A stretch of DNA of 64,000 nt from Octopus vulgaris (Eukaryota). Below are positions 28,610-41,044 of the stretch, piece after piece. Where the stretch lies: contig OX597820.1 of assembly GCA_951406725.2 (NCBI GenBank), forward strand, positions 34,844,001 to 34,908,000, written 5' to 3'. Within the stretch, counting starts at the first letter, position 1; every line of letters begins with the position of its first letter. The position numbers were made by a program, and so were the translations under genes. The notes beneath the pieces were generated by a model. The model saw nothing but the letters and a program-made list of their open reading frames with translations. It was not told the origin of the DNA and did not search any database.

Positions 28610-28892
28610 ATACGGAGATGTACTTGCATAGCAAGTGACTTGATCTGAGATCGTGTGCTGGAACGAAAACAATTGCAGCGTGGAAGGTGTTTATAAGCCA
28701 TTTAAGAAACACACAAAACCGTTAGATTCACTTCAACATTTAAATTTAATTTGTCAAAATATTTTCGTCGCTTTGAGACCGCGACCTGTTCACTGACAAA
28801 ACTTCGTGCTGCATCTCTGAGAAGATGAAGTGAATCTAACTGTTTTGTGTGTTTCTTAAATGGCTTATAAACACCTTCCACGCTGCAATTGT
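28610..28892 (-). mobile_element. PLE-like fragment with 67-bp inverted repeat enclosing a variant HHR
   Basis: Arms 28669-28735 and 28826-28892 are near-perfect reverse complements. Confidence 0.65.
28750..28800 (-). ncRNA. Type I hammerhead-like ribozyme, G3-C8 core variant
   Basis: Minus: tttgtca GTGAACA g gtcgc ggtctcaaa gcgac GAAA atat TT tgacaaa; 7-bp stem I, 5-bp stem II, palindromic stem III. Confidence 0.7.
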
Positions 28893-29066
28893 AGACGTTA
28901 AACATTTATAAATATAAACTGCTTATGGTAATATAAACTGTTTACTAAAAGGCAGTTATTAATCACTTAATAAACTAAACATACAGGTTTGTATAATAGG
29001 GTTACTTCAGGGTTACTTAAATACTTCCTATTTGTGTAGGTTTCTAAGTTTGTATGTACTATATAT

Positions 29067-29200
29067 TTGCTTCCCGACCACAAGGTTCCGGGTTCAGTCC
29101 CACAGCGTGGCACATTCAGTGAGAGTCTTCTGTTGTAGCCTCAGACCGACCAAAGCCTTGTGAGTGGATTTAGTGGACGGAAACTGAAAAATGCCCGTCG
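29067..29200 (+). mobile_element. SINE family A 5' fragment
   Basis: ggttccgggttcagtccca..gaccaaagccttgtgagtgg. Confidence 0.75.
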
Positions 29201-29307
<107 letters not shown>

Positions 29308-29801
29308 GTCTGTCTGTTTGTCTGTCTGTCTGTGTCTGTCTGTCTGTCTGTCTGCGTAAGTGCGTGATTGCATGCGCACACAAAAACATAAAATGGCGAC
29401 AATTTACCTATCGCACGCTATATATATATATATATATATATATGCATGTATATATATATATATATACAACGAAGTTCAATATTAATACCAAAATGTATTC
29501 TTTATCGTCAATGTAACATGGATGTTTTGTTGTAACACCGAATACGGCGTTATTAGCATTGAGAGATCATCTCATATAAGCGCTTGGCGCATAAAAGCAC
29601 ACAGATCGTAGATTCTCCTCTGCTACGGTCTATGTATGACTCTGTGTGTGTGTGTGTGTCCTAAATATAGCCATAGATGCACTATGTCAGAATGACATAT
29701 TTTATAATATACTTCTTGATACATTATGTCTGAAGGCTGGAAGGATATATAAGGATTATATAGATGAAGATATGCCGCATACATACACACAAACGCACAC
29801 G

Positions 29802-29864
<63 letters not shown>

Positions 29865-29918
29865 ATAAATATATGCATATATATGTTTATATATATGTAT
29901 ATATACATATATATATGT

Positions 29919-29949
<31 letters not shown>

Positions 29950-30023
29950 TATACATATATATATATATATATATGTGTATGTGTGTGTGTATGTATATAT
30001 ATGTATGTATGTATGTATGTGTA

Positions 30024-31345
30024 TAGGATGTCCCCCTAAAATGTATACACACTATAGCAGATGAAAACTCACTTATTGCACTCATTTAGAATTAACCCAT
30101 TAAAAATAATGGAAGGAGTCAGACAAAGCTTTGAACAAAGCAAATTTACTGTAATGAGCAACTGGAACTTTGAAAATGCAGTCGAAGTGCAGAGACCGCT
30201 TCATAGGGAGCTTCAAACAGATCCACCTAAGCGACTTACCATCCCAGAAGTTTGAAGCAGATGGAACCGTTCAGAATGATCACAAGAAACGCTCCGGAAG
30301 AGCGCAGACGTCGACAAGCCGCAGAAAGATAGAAAGAGTACTAGAAACGTATTGACAGAATTCAAGAAAATTTGTGCAGCAAGCGAAGTCGGGAGATTGG
30401 AATTTCAAAATCAAGCGTCCATTGCATTTTGAATCGCTGTTATTGGAAAACTTACATTCCAAGAATAATTCATGCTCTCAATAAAGATGATCCGGACCAA
30501 AGTATGGACTTTTGCTTATGGTTCTTGACAAGATCCACACTTTCTAACAAAGATTGTTTGGAGAGACAGGCTTCATTGAAATTAAATGGCTCATTAACCG
30601 CCACAGTACAACTTTACCGGGGACTTAAGTATTGGCACATCACGGATATTTTTCATTTTAATTTACCAGCAGTTACATTATGGTCGACTTGTCGTCAAAA
30701 GGATTATTTAGACCAGGGGTTCTAGTTCTAATGAACCCCCATAGCCATTCGATGTTCAAAAACTAGTTTTATAGAAACTTTTTTTCCAAATTACTATTTT
30801 GTTTTTCCGACATTAACTTGTGTAGCTCGAACTACGTAAATTATATGAGAAAGAAACTTAACTGTTTCTTGCGATACATTCCAGTACACACATCGAGAGC
30901 AAAATTTTTTCAGAGGCCCTTAAAATACTACAGTTTACTGTTTTGTTACATGAACTCCCAAAAGTCTTATATAGACTTTCAGGGGCCATATAGACCCCGG
31001 TTGAGAACCACTGAATTACACTGTTCTTCGACAGTACTGTGACTACTCCCATCTACTTGAACACGACATGCGAAGCATTCAAGAGGGCTTCGAAGATGTA
31101 GAGTTTATTTCCAGCAAGATGGGGTAACCCCACACTACCAGAGGAATGTAAGGGCTTGCCTTAAGATTTTGCCACATAAGTAGATTGGACAAATAGGTTC
31201 AGTAGAATACACACTGCGTTCACCGGATGACAGAGCGCTAAAATTTATTTTAATGAAGTTTACATTAGAAAACCAACAACAGTCGACGAATTGAGGGCAG
31301 CCATTGACAAAGAATGGGCACAAATACCGAAGGAAATGTTTCTTG
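30024..31345 (+). mobile_element. Tc1/mariner-superfamily transposon remnant (frameshifted transposase), interrupted by a hAT MITE
   Basis: KFEADGTVQNDHKKRSGR, SREIGISKSSVHCIL, HALNKDDPDQSMDFCLWF, FQQDGVTPHY, RSPD motifs; TA-TAGGATGTCCC TIR-like start. Confidence 0.85.
30714..31013. mobile_element. hAT (Charlie-type) MITE
   Basis: TIRs CAGGGGTTCT / AGAACCACTG; imperfect 8-bp TSD atttagac / aattacac. Confidence 0.7.
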
Positions 31346-31630
31346 ACGCTTGCAATTCCCTTGTTCCGCGTTATCTACGTATGTATCTATGTATGCATGC
31401 ACACATGTATACAATGTATCTTTCATAATATTTTTATACATTCGTATGTGTACACACACACAGGCACACACACATATATATATACATATATACACATACA
31501 TACATACATACATACATACATACATACATACATACATACATACATACATACATACATACATACATACATACATACATACATACATGTATATAAAAAGTGT
31601 GAGAGAAAGATTGAGAGAGAAAAAGCAATC

Positions 31631-31668
<38 letters not shown>

Positions 31669-31788
31669 TAGATACACAAAATATTCATATGTATCCGTGT
31701 GTGTGTGTGCATATATATGTACATATGTGCTTGTGTCAATATGTCTAAATGTGTATGCATGCTTATATATGATTATATATACATGCAT

Positions 31789-31898
<110 letters not shown>

Positions 31899-32264
31899 GA
31901 ATATATATATACATTCTGTCCGTGTGTGTGAGTGTATACTAGCACGCTCGGCCACGCCCCATCATTGTGAATGGGTTTATTTTTATAATTACTGTGCATC
32001 TACTTCCTGCAACAAGTCCGGAAGCAGATAAACTCATCAAAGTGTCAAAGCCATTGTTCTTTTCTTGGCAGAACCCCTTTACTCCTCTGTTTACTTAGTC
32101 CATATGAATTGATTCCATTGTCCCTTTATATACTTACTGCATACTTCATATGACATTCACCTAGTTTCCTCTTAAGTAGACCGTCAATCCAGTAAAACAA
32201 CTACAACAATATTAAGAGCGATTCTGCCAGAACTTCCCTTTAACAACAACAGCAATAATAACAA

Positions 32265-32670
32265 TGATGGTTTCAAATTTTGGTACAAGGTCAACTATGT
32301 CGAGGAATCGGGTATGTCGATTACATCGGTACCTATTTCATCGACCCCGAAAGGGATGGAAAGCAAAGTCGACCACAGTGGAATTTGAAACTCAGAACGT
32401 AAAGCCGGACGAAATGCCGCTCAGTATTTTGTCCGGCGTGCTAACGATTCTGCCAGCCGGCCGGCCGGCTTAATAATGATAGTAATCCTTTCTACTCTAG
32501 GCACAAGGCCTTAAATTTTAGGGAGAGGAATAGTCGATTACATCGACCCCAAATCTCAACTCGTACTTATTTTATCGATCTGGAAAGGTTGAAAGTCAAC
32601 CGCGACGGAATTCAAACTCAGATCATAAGGACGGATAAAATGCAACTAAGCATTTTGTTCGGCATGCCAA
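32265..32670 (-). mobile_element. Two tandem SINE family B copies
   Basis: Reverse complement of family B, twice. Confidence 0.8.
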
Positions 32671-32899
32671 CTGGCCATAAGGGCCGCAAAAACCTGTACA
32701 ATATAAAGACAAAGAACAGTTGGGGGTTTGCATAAGACTGGGTGAAGAATAAAAAACAATAACAAAAAATTCTAATAGCAAAATCAACCAATTATAATAT
32801 AAAACGCCACCCTGGGTAACCTAGGAACCCCTCAGATCCCGAACTACCCTCCTAACCTGGAGTGCCTTGGCAAGTTCTATCTCCTCCGTATTTTAACTT

Positions 32900-33022
32900 T
32901 TTGGTACAAGGCCAGTAACTTTAGGTGTGGGGGCGGGGTGTAGTTGATACCTTCACCCCGGTATCAGTCTCGTACATATTTCATCGACCCCGAAAGGACG
33001 AAAGGCGAAGTTGACCTCGATT
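32900..33022 (-). mobile_element. SINE family B fragment
   Basis: atcgaccccgaaaggacgaaaggcgaagttgacctcg. Confidence 0.65.
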
Positions 33023-33185
33023 GGTCAGTTGACATTGCTCCCTTGCAATAGGTGTTGTTGTAGTTGTTGTTGTTGTTGTTGTTGTTGTTTTTGTCGTTTA
33101 ACCCCTGGTCGGTCTTCGTCAAATATATGATCAATGCTGTTTCAGGCATGTCTTTGTCGCCTTTTGATAAACGTTTTATATAAAA

Positions 33186-33699
33186 CTAGCAGCATCGCCC
33201 AGCGTTGCTCGGATTTGTAAGGGAAATAACTATATAAGCATTTTTAGAGAGTTACTTCCCTTATAGATGCCAATTCGGGCTTTCTTAGCCATTTCTGTTT
33301 TGGTGTCTTCAAGCCATGAAGTCGTTGTTCTAAAAGAACGCTGGTCTCCTTGACAACGCTTTACGACGTTGATTTCCTTACACTCCCTTCCCCACAGCTT
33401 CACGAGGGAGGGAAGAAGGGGGAGAAGCAACACAGGTGCAGGTGTGACCATGGACGCCAACTCCGCCGCCATCGACACACGAAAAATTATGCATTAAAAT
33501 GGAATAAAAAATGATTTAAAATTATTTTTAAAATCGTAGACTCATCGTAGACGCGCGCTAATACTCAGACGGGCTCGATATGAATTACGACTATAAGATA
33601 CCCGAATTTGGTTAAACTGCACCGCAAAATGTGGGAGTAGTTAGGAATCTAAATCGAAGGGGACAGACACTCACACAACTACAGTTTTATATATAGAGA
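33186..33699 (-). mobile_element. Non-autonomous Helitron
   Basis: 5' TC, 3' hairpin + CTAG on minus strand, A|T target; termini similar to 5637-6029. Confidence 0.75.
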
Positions 33700-34369
33700 T
33701 TACATTTCATGAAGTCTGATTGAGAAAATAGTTGGATAATCACGGGTGGAAACACTTTTGATCATAGGTTTCTATGAAGGGAATTGACCCGTGGCTGTAA
33801 AATACCTGGCTAACGAAGGCTCAGTATCCAATAAGCTAATTCCCATTCTGTGATATTTCTGAAAGGGTCTCGATGACAAGAAAATCACTTTCAATCACTT
33901 TTGATATAATGTAAAATATATTTATGAATTTATTATAAAATGTTATATAAATATTCACATAAGTATTATGACTACAACACAACATTTACCTGAAAACAGT
34001 CACTGTTTAATCTCAGGTGTATCCGGAACCAGCAGACTTATGGTGTATATTAAAAGGACAGTTGTTACTTACATATACCGAAATTAAAATGTTTTAGTTT
34101 TGAAATATTTAACCAAATATGTAATACATATTACGTTCTCCATACCACATGTCATAGACGCTTATCCCTCCGCCCTTTCTCTCTCCCTCTTTTTCTTTCT
34201 CTCTCTTTCTGCGTCACTCTTCGCCTTATCCTCTTTCTCTCTCTCCCGCCTTTCTTTCTCCCTCTTTTTCTCTAATCATGTGAAAGCGTTACGGATTGGC
34301 TAAGTAACGTAATGACAAGCAGAATTATTATAAGATGTAACATATGAACTACTAATATATGCTAATATT

Positions 34370-34570
34370 AAGGCGGCGAGCTGGCAGGATCGTTACCGTA
34401 CCAGGAAAAATACTCAGTAGCATTTCTTCCGACTTCACGATCTGAGTTCAAATTCCGTCAGGATCGACTTTACCTGTCGATAAAATATATGTTAGTTGAA
34501 TATTGGAAGCTATATAAACGACTTCTTCCCCTGAAATTACTGGCCTCGTTCCAAAATTTGAAGCCATTAT
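34370..34570 (+). mobile_element. SINE family B (degraded)
   Basis: aaggcggcgagctggcagg..gagttcaaattcc. Confidence 0.75.
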
Positions 34571-35049
34571 ATGCTTAATTATGTGGTGTACTGGTATATA
34601 TCCGGTACTTTGTCTAATATATGATACAGGCTTTGCATAGAGTTAAATTATACTTTCAGCGAGTGGCGTCATTAAGGATGAGTAAAATTTCACAAGACAG
34701 GCCATGAGAAAGAAAGAAAGCTTAAACGTGACTGATACAAAAGGATGTTGTTTGTTTGTTGTTGTTGCTGCTGCTGCTGCTGCTACCGTTATTGTTGTTG
34801 ATGTTGATAGTTTTGTTGTTGAAGTTGTTGATGTTGCTGCTGCTGCTGTTGTTTTTTGTTTTTGTCGTTATTGTTGTTGTTGTTGGAGTTATCTTTACTG
34901 TTGTTACTATTGCTTGTCGTTGCTCCGCCTGTTTCAGCTATTGTTACAGTTGTGGCTTCTGTTGTTTTTTTGTTCCTATTCATATTTTGCTATTTGTCGT
35001 CGTTGTTGTTATTGTTGGTGTTGTTGCTTTTGATATTATGTTGTTGATG

Positions 35050-36003
35050 AAGGCGGCGAGTTGGCAGAATCGTTAGCACGCCGCGCAAAAGGCTTAACAG
35101 CATTCCGTCCATCTTTACGTTCTACGTTCAAATTCCACCGAGGTCGACTTTGCCTTTCATCATTTCGGGCTCGATAAAATAAGTACCAGTTGTGTACTGG
35201 GGTTGACGTAATCAACTTAACCCCTCCCCCACCCGAAATTGCATCATCATCATGATGTCGATTTTGTCGCCGAGGTCGACTTTGCCTTTCATCCTTTCGG
35301 GGCCAATAATTTAAGTACCAGTAAAACACTGGGGTCGATGTAATCGATTAGTCCCCTCCCACCAAGATGTCAGGCCTTACGAGCTGGCAGAATCGTTAGC
35401 ACGCCGGGCGAAATGCTTAGCAGTATTTCGTCTGCCGCTACGTTCTGAGTTCAAATTCACCCGAGGTCGACGTTGCCTTTCATCCTTTCGAGGTCAATTA
35501 ATTAAGTACCAGTGAAAAACTGGGGTCGATGTAATCGACTCATCTCCTCCCCCCAAATTGCTGCATTTGTAGAAAAATTTGAAACCATTATTAAGGAGGT
35601 GTGCTGGCAGAATCGTTAGCGCGCTGGACGAAATACTTAGCGGTATTTCGCCCGTGGTTACGTTCTGAGTTCAAATTCTGCCGTGGTCGATTTTGCCTTT
35701 CGTCTTTTCGGGGTCGATTAAAACACCAATGAAACACTGGGGTCGACGTAATCGACTATTCCCTTCCCCACAAATTTCAGGCCGTGTCCCTATAGTAGAA
35801 AAGCTTATTATTATTATTAAAGCGGTGAGCTGTCAGAATCGTTAGCACGCTGGACAAAATGTGCTTAGCGGCATTTCGTTCGTCTTTACGTTCTCCGGCG
35901 TTCTCTGCCGATGTCGACTTTGCTTTTCAACCTTCCGGGGCCGATAAGCTTGACTAGCCCGCTTCTCCGAAATGTCAGGCCTTGTGCCATTAATAGCAAA
36001 GAA
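35050..36003 (+). mobile_element. Head-to-tail cluster of five SINE family B units
   Basis: Units start near 35050, 35265 (headless), 35381, 35593 and 35819. Confidence 0.85.
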
Positions 36004-36104
36004 CGTTATGTTGTTGAGGTTGTCGGTACTGTTGTTGTTGTTGTTAACGTTATTGTTACCACTCTTTTTATTGCTGTCACTGTTGTTACTGCTTATTCTT
36101 CAAT

Positions 36105-36277
36105 ATTTTTACTTGTTTCAGTCATATGACTGCGGCCATGCTGGATCCCCGCCTTTAGTCGAACATATCGACCCCAGGACTAATTCTTTGTAAGCCTAGT
36201 ACATTTTTCTATCGGTCTCTTTTGCCGAACTGCAAAGTTACGGGGAAGTAAACACATCAACATTGGTTTGCCAGACG

Positions 36278-36339
<62 letters not shown>

Positions 36340-36512
36340 CACAATGGGCTTCTATCAGTTTCCGTCTACCAAATCCACTCACAAGGCTTTGTTCGACCCG
36401 AGGCTATAGCAGAAGACCCGAAGCTATAGCACAAGGTGTCATGCAGTGGGAGCGAACCCGGAACCATGAGGTTGGGAACCAAGCTTCTTACCACACAACC
36501 ACGCCTGCGCCT
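36105..36512 (-). mobile_element. SINE family A (full length)
   Basis: Reverse complement of family A. Confidence 0.88.
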
Positions 36513-37010
36513 TGCTGGTGATGTTGTTGTTGCTGCTACTACCGTCGCTGTTTAATCACATCCTAGTTCTGACTGAGACAGCAGACGTAACGCGAAAATC
36601 ATACTAACCCTGATCATCCAATCTTTTTGTTTCGTTGGGGAGTGGGACAATTAATGGCTCACATGCATCGTATTCTTATATTTTATATTTTCATAAAACA
36701 ACTTAGCTGCTATTTCTAGCATGTCGAGCTACTATGCAAGAGTATTTATTTTCAAACAGCAGTAAATTGCACCTGCAGGAGTGGTTCTAAGGTAGATGTA
36801 AATATTTACATGTCAGGAGGTAAACATAACATGACCCTAGAGGGGTCATGATATATATTATGTAACAGCAAAGGAGTGACGTATAGCGAGAGCATGAAAA
36901 ACTGCCGTGCTATAAATAATTGTATTCATTATTCTTTTATATGTTTCAGCTCTAATGCTGTGGCCATGCTGAGTGGATTTGGTAGACAGAAACTGAAAAA
37001 GAAGCCCATC

Positions 37011-37141
<131 letters not shown>

Positions 37142-37257
37142 GAGGGCATTATTATATATACATGCCACACGCTAAGAGGGACATTAGTCATTTCTACCAA
37201 AAATTTTACTAATCCTACCAAATGCAATTCTTCAAAGCAAGACATTTAAAAAAATTA

Positions 37258-37306
37258 AGTCTTGTATCACCTGTGATTTCGTACTTACGTACTCATCAGC
37301 AAGACT
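37258..37306 (-). ncRNA. Type I hammerhead ribozyme, copy 1
   Basis: Minus: agtcttg CTGATGA gtac gtaa gtac GAAA tcac ag gtga TA caagact. Confidence 0.9.
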
Positions 37307-37719
37307 GATTCTGAACGTATCATAAATAAACGACCTGTCTCGTCGGAGCCCAACAGCCAACTGCTAAACCCAACGACGCACATGGGGAAGTTTACATATA
37401 ATACATCCGGTAAATGGCAGGCTTCTTCGAATTGCACTTCGGGTATGAAAAGTTTTTTCGGAATAAAATTATTTAACAATTAAGGATAACCTCTTAATAA
37501 GGAATCTTAACAAGAAATTATCAGGTAGATAGCGTGAAAAACCTCATAAGAGAAAAAATTTCGAAAATAATTCTTTCTTATTGAACATATTAATTTATAT
37601 ATAGAGGGCATTATTATACATACATGCCACACGCTAAGAGGGACATTAGTCATTTCTACCAAAAATTTTACTAATCCTACCAAATACAATTCTTCAAAGC
37701 AAGACATTTAAAAAAATTA

Positions 37720-37768
37720 AGTCTTGTATCACCTGTGATTTCGTACTTACGTACTCATCAGCAAGACT
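37720..37768 (-). ncRNA. Type I hammerhead ribozyme, copy 2
   Basis: Identical motif 462 bp from copy 1. Confidence 0.9.
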
Positions 37769-38197
37769 GGTTCTGAACGTATCATAAATAAACGACCTGT
37801 CTCGTCGGAGCCCAACAGCTAACTGCTAAACCCAACGACGCACATGGGGAAGTTTACATATAATACATCCGGTAAATGGCAGGCTTCTTCGAATTGCACT
37901 TCGGGTAGGAAAAGTTTTTTCGGAATAAAATTATTTAACAATTAAGTATAACCTCTTAATAAGGAATCTTAACAAGAAATTATCAGGTAGATAGCGTGAA
38001 AAACCTCATAAGAGAAAAAATTTCGAAAATAATTCTTTCTTATTGAACATATTAATTTATATATAGAGGGCATTATTATACATACATGCCACACGCTAAA
38101 AGGGACATTAGTCATTTCTACCAAAAATTTTACTAATCCTACCAAATGCAATTCTTCAAAGCAAGACAGGTCGTTTATTTATGATACGTTCAGAACC

Positions 38198-38246
38198 AGT
38201 CTTGCTGATGAGTACGTAAGTACGAAATCACAGGTGATACAAGACT
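38198..38246 (+). ncRNA. Type I hammerhead ribozyme, copy 3 (inverted)
   Basis: agtcttg CTGATGA gtacgtaagtac GAAA tcacaggtga TA caagact on plus strand. Confidence 0.9.
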
Positions 38247-38451
38247 TAATTTTTTTAAATGTCTTGCTTTGAAGAATTGCATTTGGTAGGATTAGTAAAA
38301 GTTTTGGTAGAAATGACTAATGTCCCTCTTAGAGTGTGGCATGTATGTATAATAATGCCCTCTATATATAAATTAATATGTTCAATAAGAAAGAATCATT
38401 TTCGAAATTTTCTCTTATGAGGTTTTTCACGCTATCTACCTGATAATTTCT

Positions 38452-38512
<61 letters not shown>

Positions 38513-38629
38513 CTGCGTGTGTTTGTATGTGTGTGTGTCTGCGTGTGTTTGTATGTGTGTGTGTGTGTGTGTGCGAGAGAGAGAGAGATAGAAAGAAAGA
38601 GAGAGAAAGAGAGAGAGAGAGTTTAGATC

Positions 38630-38905
38630 GCGTCATTTGACAACCGATGCTGGTTTGTTTCCGTTCCCGCAATTTAGCAGTTCGGCAAGAACAGTACAGA
38701 TAGAATAAGTACTAGACTTAGAAAGAAAAAAAAAAACGTTTGTACCGGAGGTGATTTGATCGACTAAACCCCCTCAAGGCTGCAACCCATCATGGCGGCA
38801 ATCCTCGGACTGAAGTGGATAAAGAAAGGATTAAATGAACAGTCGCGATGACTGTCCAGCACGACCGCAGTCTCATGGTTGAAGCGAATCAAAGAAATAA
38901 AAGAA
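38630..38905 (+). mobile_element. SINE family A 3' part (degraded, duplicated tail)
   Basis: ttgacaaccgatgctgg..gatagaataagtactagactta. Confidence 0.65.
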
Positions 38906-39124
38906 ATCTGTCTATTTATCTATCTGTCTGTCTGTGTGTCTGTTTATCTATCTATCTGTGTGTGTGTGTGTAAAGTTTATGAAGGTGCCCAATAATGTAA
39001 AAATGTAGCGTGTAACGAAAATTAAGTAACCATTAGTGTTTGCTATCAGAAAGCTGATATCAACAATTTCCCCAGGGAACTGAGTTTTACACACACGCAC
39101 ACGCACATGCATATGTACTCGTAT

Positions 39125-39177
<53 letters not shown>

Positions 39178-39394
39178 CACACAAACAAGGACCAGAGTCT
39201 CGGGCCAACCTCCTTCCACCTCAACAACCTTTGCTCATAAACACTCCTTCTCATTTTCATCCACTGCACACTCACAGACACACGCGCGCGCGCAGGCACT
39301 CACGCACATTTCGCGAAAGCATACACAAGCATTCATTCATGTTTGTTGAGAATATATACGCAGACAGATATATATGTGTGTGTATATGTGAATA

Positions 39395-39450
<56 letters not shown>

Positions 39451-39451
39451 G

Positions 39452-39690
39452 ATAAGAGTAAATAATTTCTATAAAGGCTTTTAAAAAAACCCCAATTATT
39501 TACTGGTAGAATTCGGTATGTAAATATAGCGATTACCGGCAGGAACTGCATATGTGAATTACAAGGTCTGTCATGCCGGAGTCCAACTTTGATAGAAATA
39601 AGCATTCTTGACTGCTATTTCTATTTTTTCGGTATGCGGTCAAGCAACCTGTTTTGCCTGTCCCTTTTTCTTATGTACAATATATATATA
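39452..39690 (+). mobile_element. Dispersed (TA)n-flanked repeat (family P2) with structured 3' region
   Basis: 39552-39690 matches 47243-47380; 39452-39548 matches 47395-47492 in reverse. Confidence 0.75.
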
Positions 39691-39700
39691 TATATATATA

Positions 39701-40826
39701 TTTTGTTTTGTTGTTTATTTTTTATACTTTATTTTACCGTTATTGTTTTTACGTTTTTGTATTCTTATTGTTGTCACGTATTCTGTATTTTTGTTCGTGT
39801 ACTTCGTTCGTTTTCCGTCCTCGTGTTGTATACATTAGCTTTCTTCCAGGGGATCTAATCACTTGGCTTAGATTTCCTTGGCGGCTGCCCATATCGGAGC
39901 AATCTCAAGATTAATCAGCCGAAATTGCTAAGATGATCTGGTTCTTGACTGATGACTGAGGGCTTCGAATGTCCCGTCCTGTGGTTCTTGTGTCGTCTCT
40001 GTGGCGTTTCATGTTCTTGTCCATGTCTGTAATTATTTTTACTGTTTACCTATATAATCGGCGGCTACGTATCCACATTTGTCCTTATACGATAAGTATA
40101 TTTTTCTCAAGCATTGATACGACTCTTAATCTTTCTTTCTCTCTCTCTCTCTCCTCCCTTATTCCCCCTCCTTTCTTTCCCTCTCCATCCGTCTTCCCCC
40201 CTTCTACGTTTCTCTATCTCTCTCACCTCCAGCCCCCTCGATCTGTCTCTTTCTTCTCCTCCCTCGTCCACCTTCTCTCTCTTTTCATCTGTCCCTTTCT
40301 CTTGTCTTTTGTTCTCACGTGACCGCTAGCCGCTGTTGAGCGCTCTTTTCGTTCCAGCAGCCGCTGAAGCAACACGTACTTGTTCGTCTCCCTGTGGCCA
40401 TTAGGCACAACTTCATAAGCCAGCCCCATACTCAATTCGTCCTGTCGAAAGACCCTTGTCCTACGTCCTGGTTTTGTTTTGTTGTTTATTTTTTATACTT
40501 TATTTTACCGTTATTGTTTTTACGTTTTTGTATTCTTATTGTTGTCACGTATTCGTATTTTTGTTCGTGTACTTCGTTCGTTTTCCGTCCTCGTGTTGTA
40601 TACATTCGAAGCTTTCTTCCAGGGGATCTAATGCACTTGGCTTAGATTTCCTTGGCGGGCTGCCCATATCGGAGCAATCTCAAGATTAATCAGCCGAAAT
40701 TGCTAAGATGATCTGGTTCTTGACTGATGACTGAGGGCTTCGAATGTCCCGTCCTGTGGTTCTTGTGTCGTCTCTGTGGCGTTTCATGTTCTTGTCCATG
40801 TCTGTAATTATTTTTACTGTTTACCT
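39701..40826 (+). mobile_element. Element with about 350-bp direct terminal repeats (39701-40053 and 40472-40826), flanked by (TA)n
   Basis: Near-identical repeats about 771 bp apart around a non-coding 420-bp core; no TG..CA ends. Confidence 0.8.
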
Positions 40827-40845
40827 ATATATATATATATATATA

Positions 40846-41042
40846 TTGGGTTGTCCGGAAAGTTCGTGCCGATTTATAGTAGCTTATCTTTCGAATTATT
40901 TTTGAACATGGTTAAGTTCATAAAATAGGATTTTACTACACCTCCATTTAGAGCACAGTTTAAGCTATCTTTTCGTGGAAGAAGGTTTATGTTCCTATAA
41001 CCTGTGTTAATTCTGTAACCCTTTAAAATGGAAGATAATGCA
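40846..41042 (+). mobile_element. Mariner 5' end (TIR, leader, start of transposase MEDN)
   Basis: TA-TTGGGTTGTCCGGAAAGTTCGTGCCGATTT, second copy at 44541. Confidence 0.65.
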
Positions 41043-41044
41043 GA

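Noticed and set aside
37285-38151. Repeated short ORFs in the 462-bp units
   Set aside because: Short, no recognisable motifs, and better explained as a non-coding ribozyme repeat
39945-39980. CTGATGA hammerhead core in the direct repeats (also 40724)
   Set aside because: Followed by GAAT rather than GAAA and no pairing stem I found
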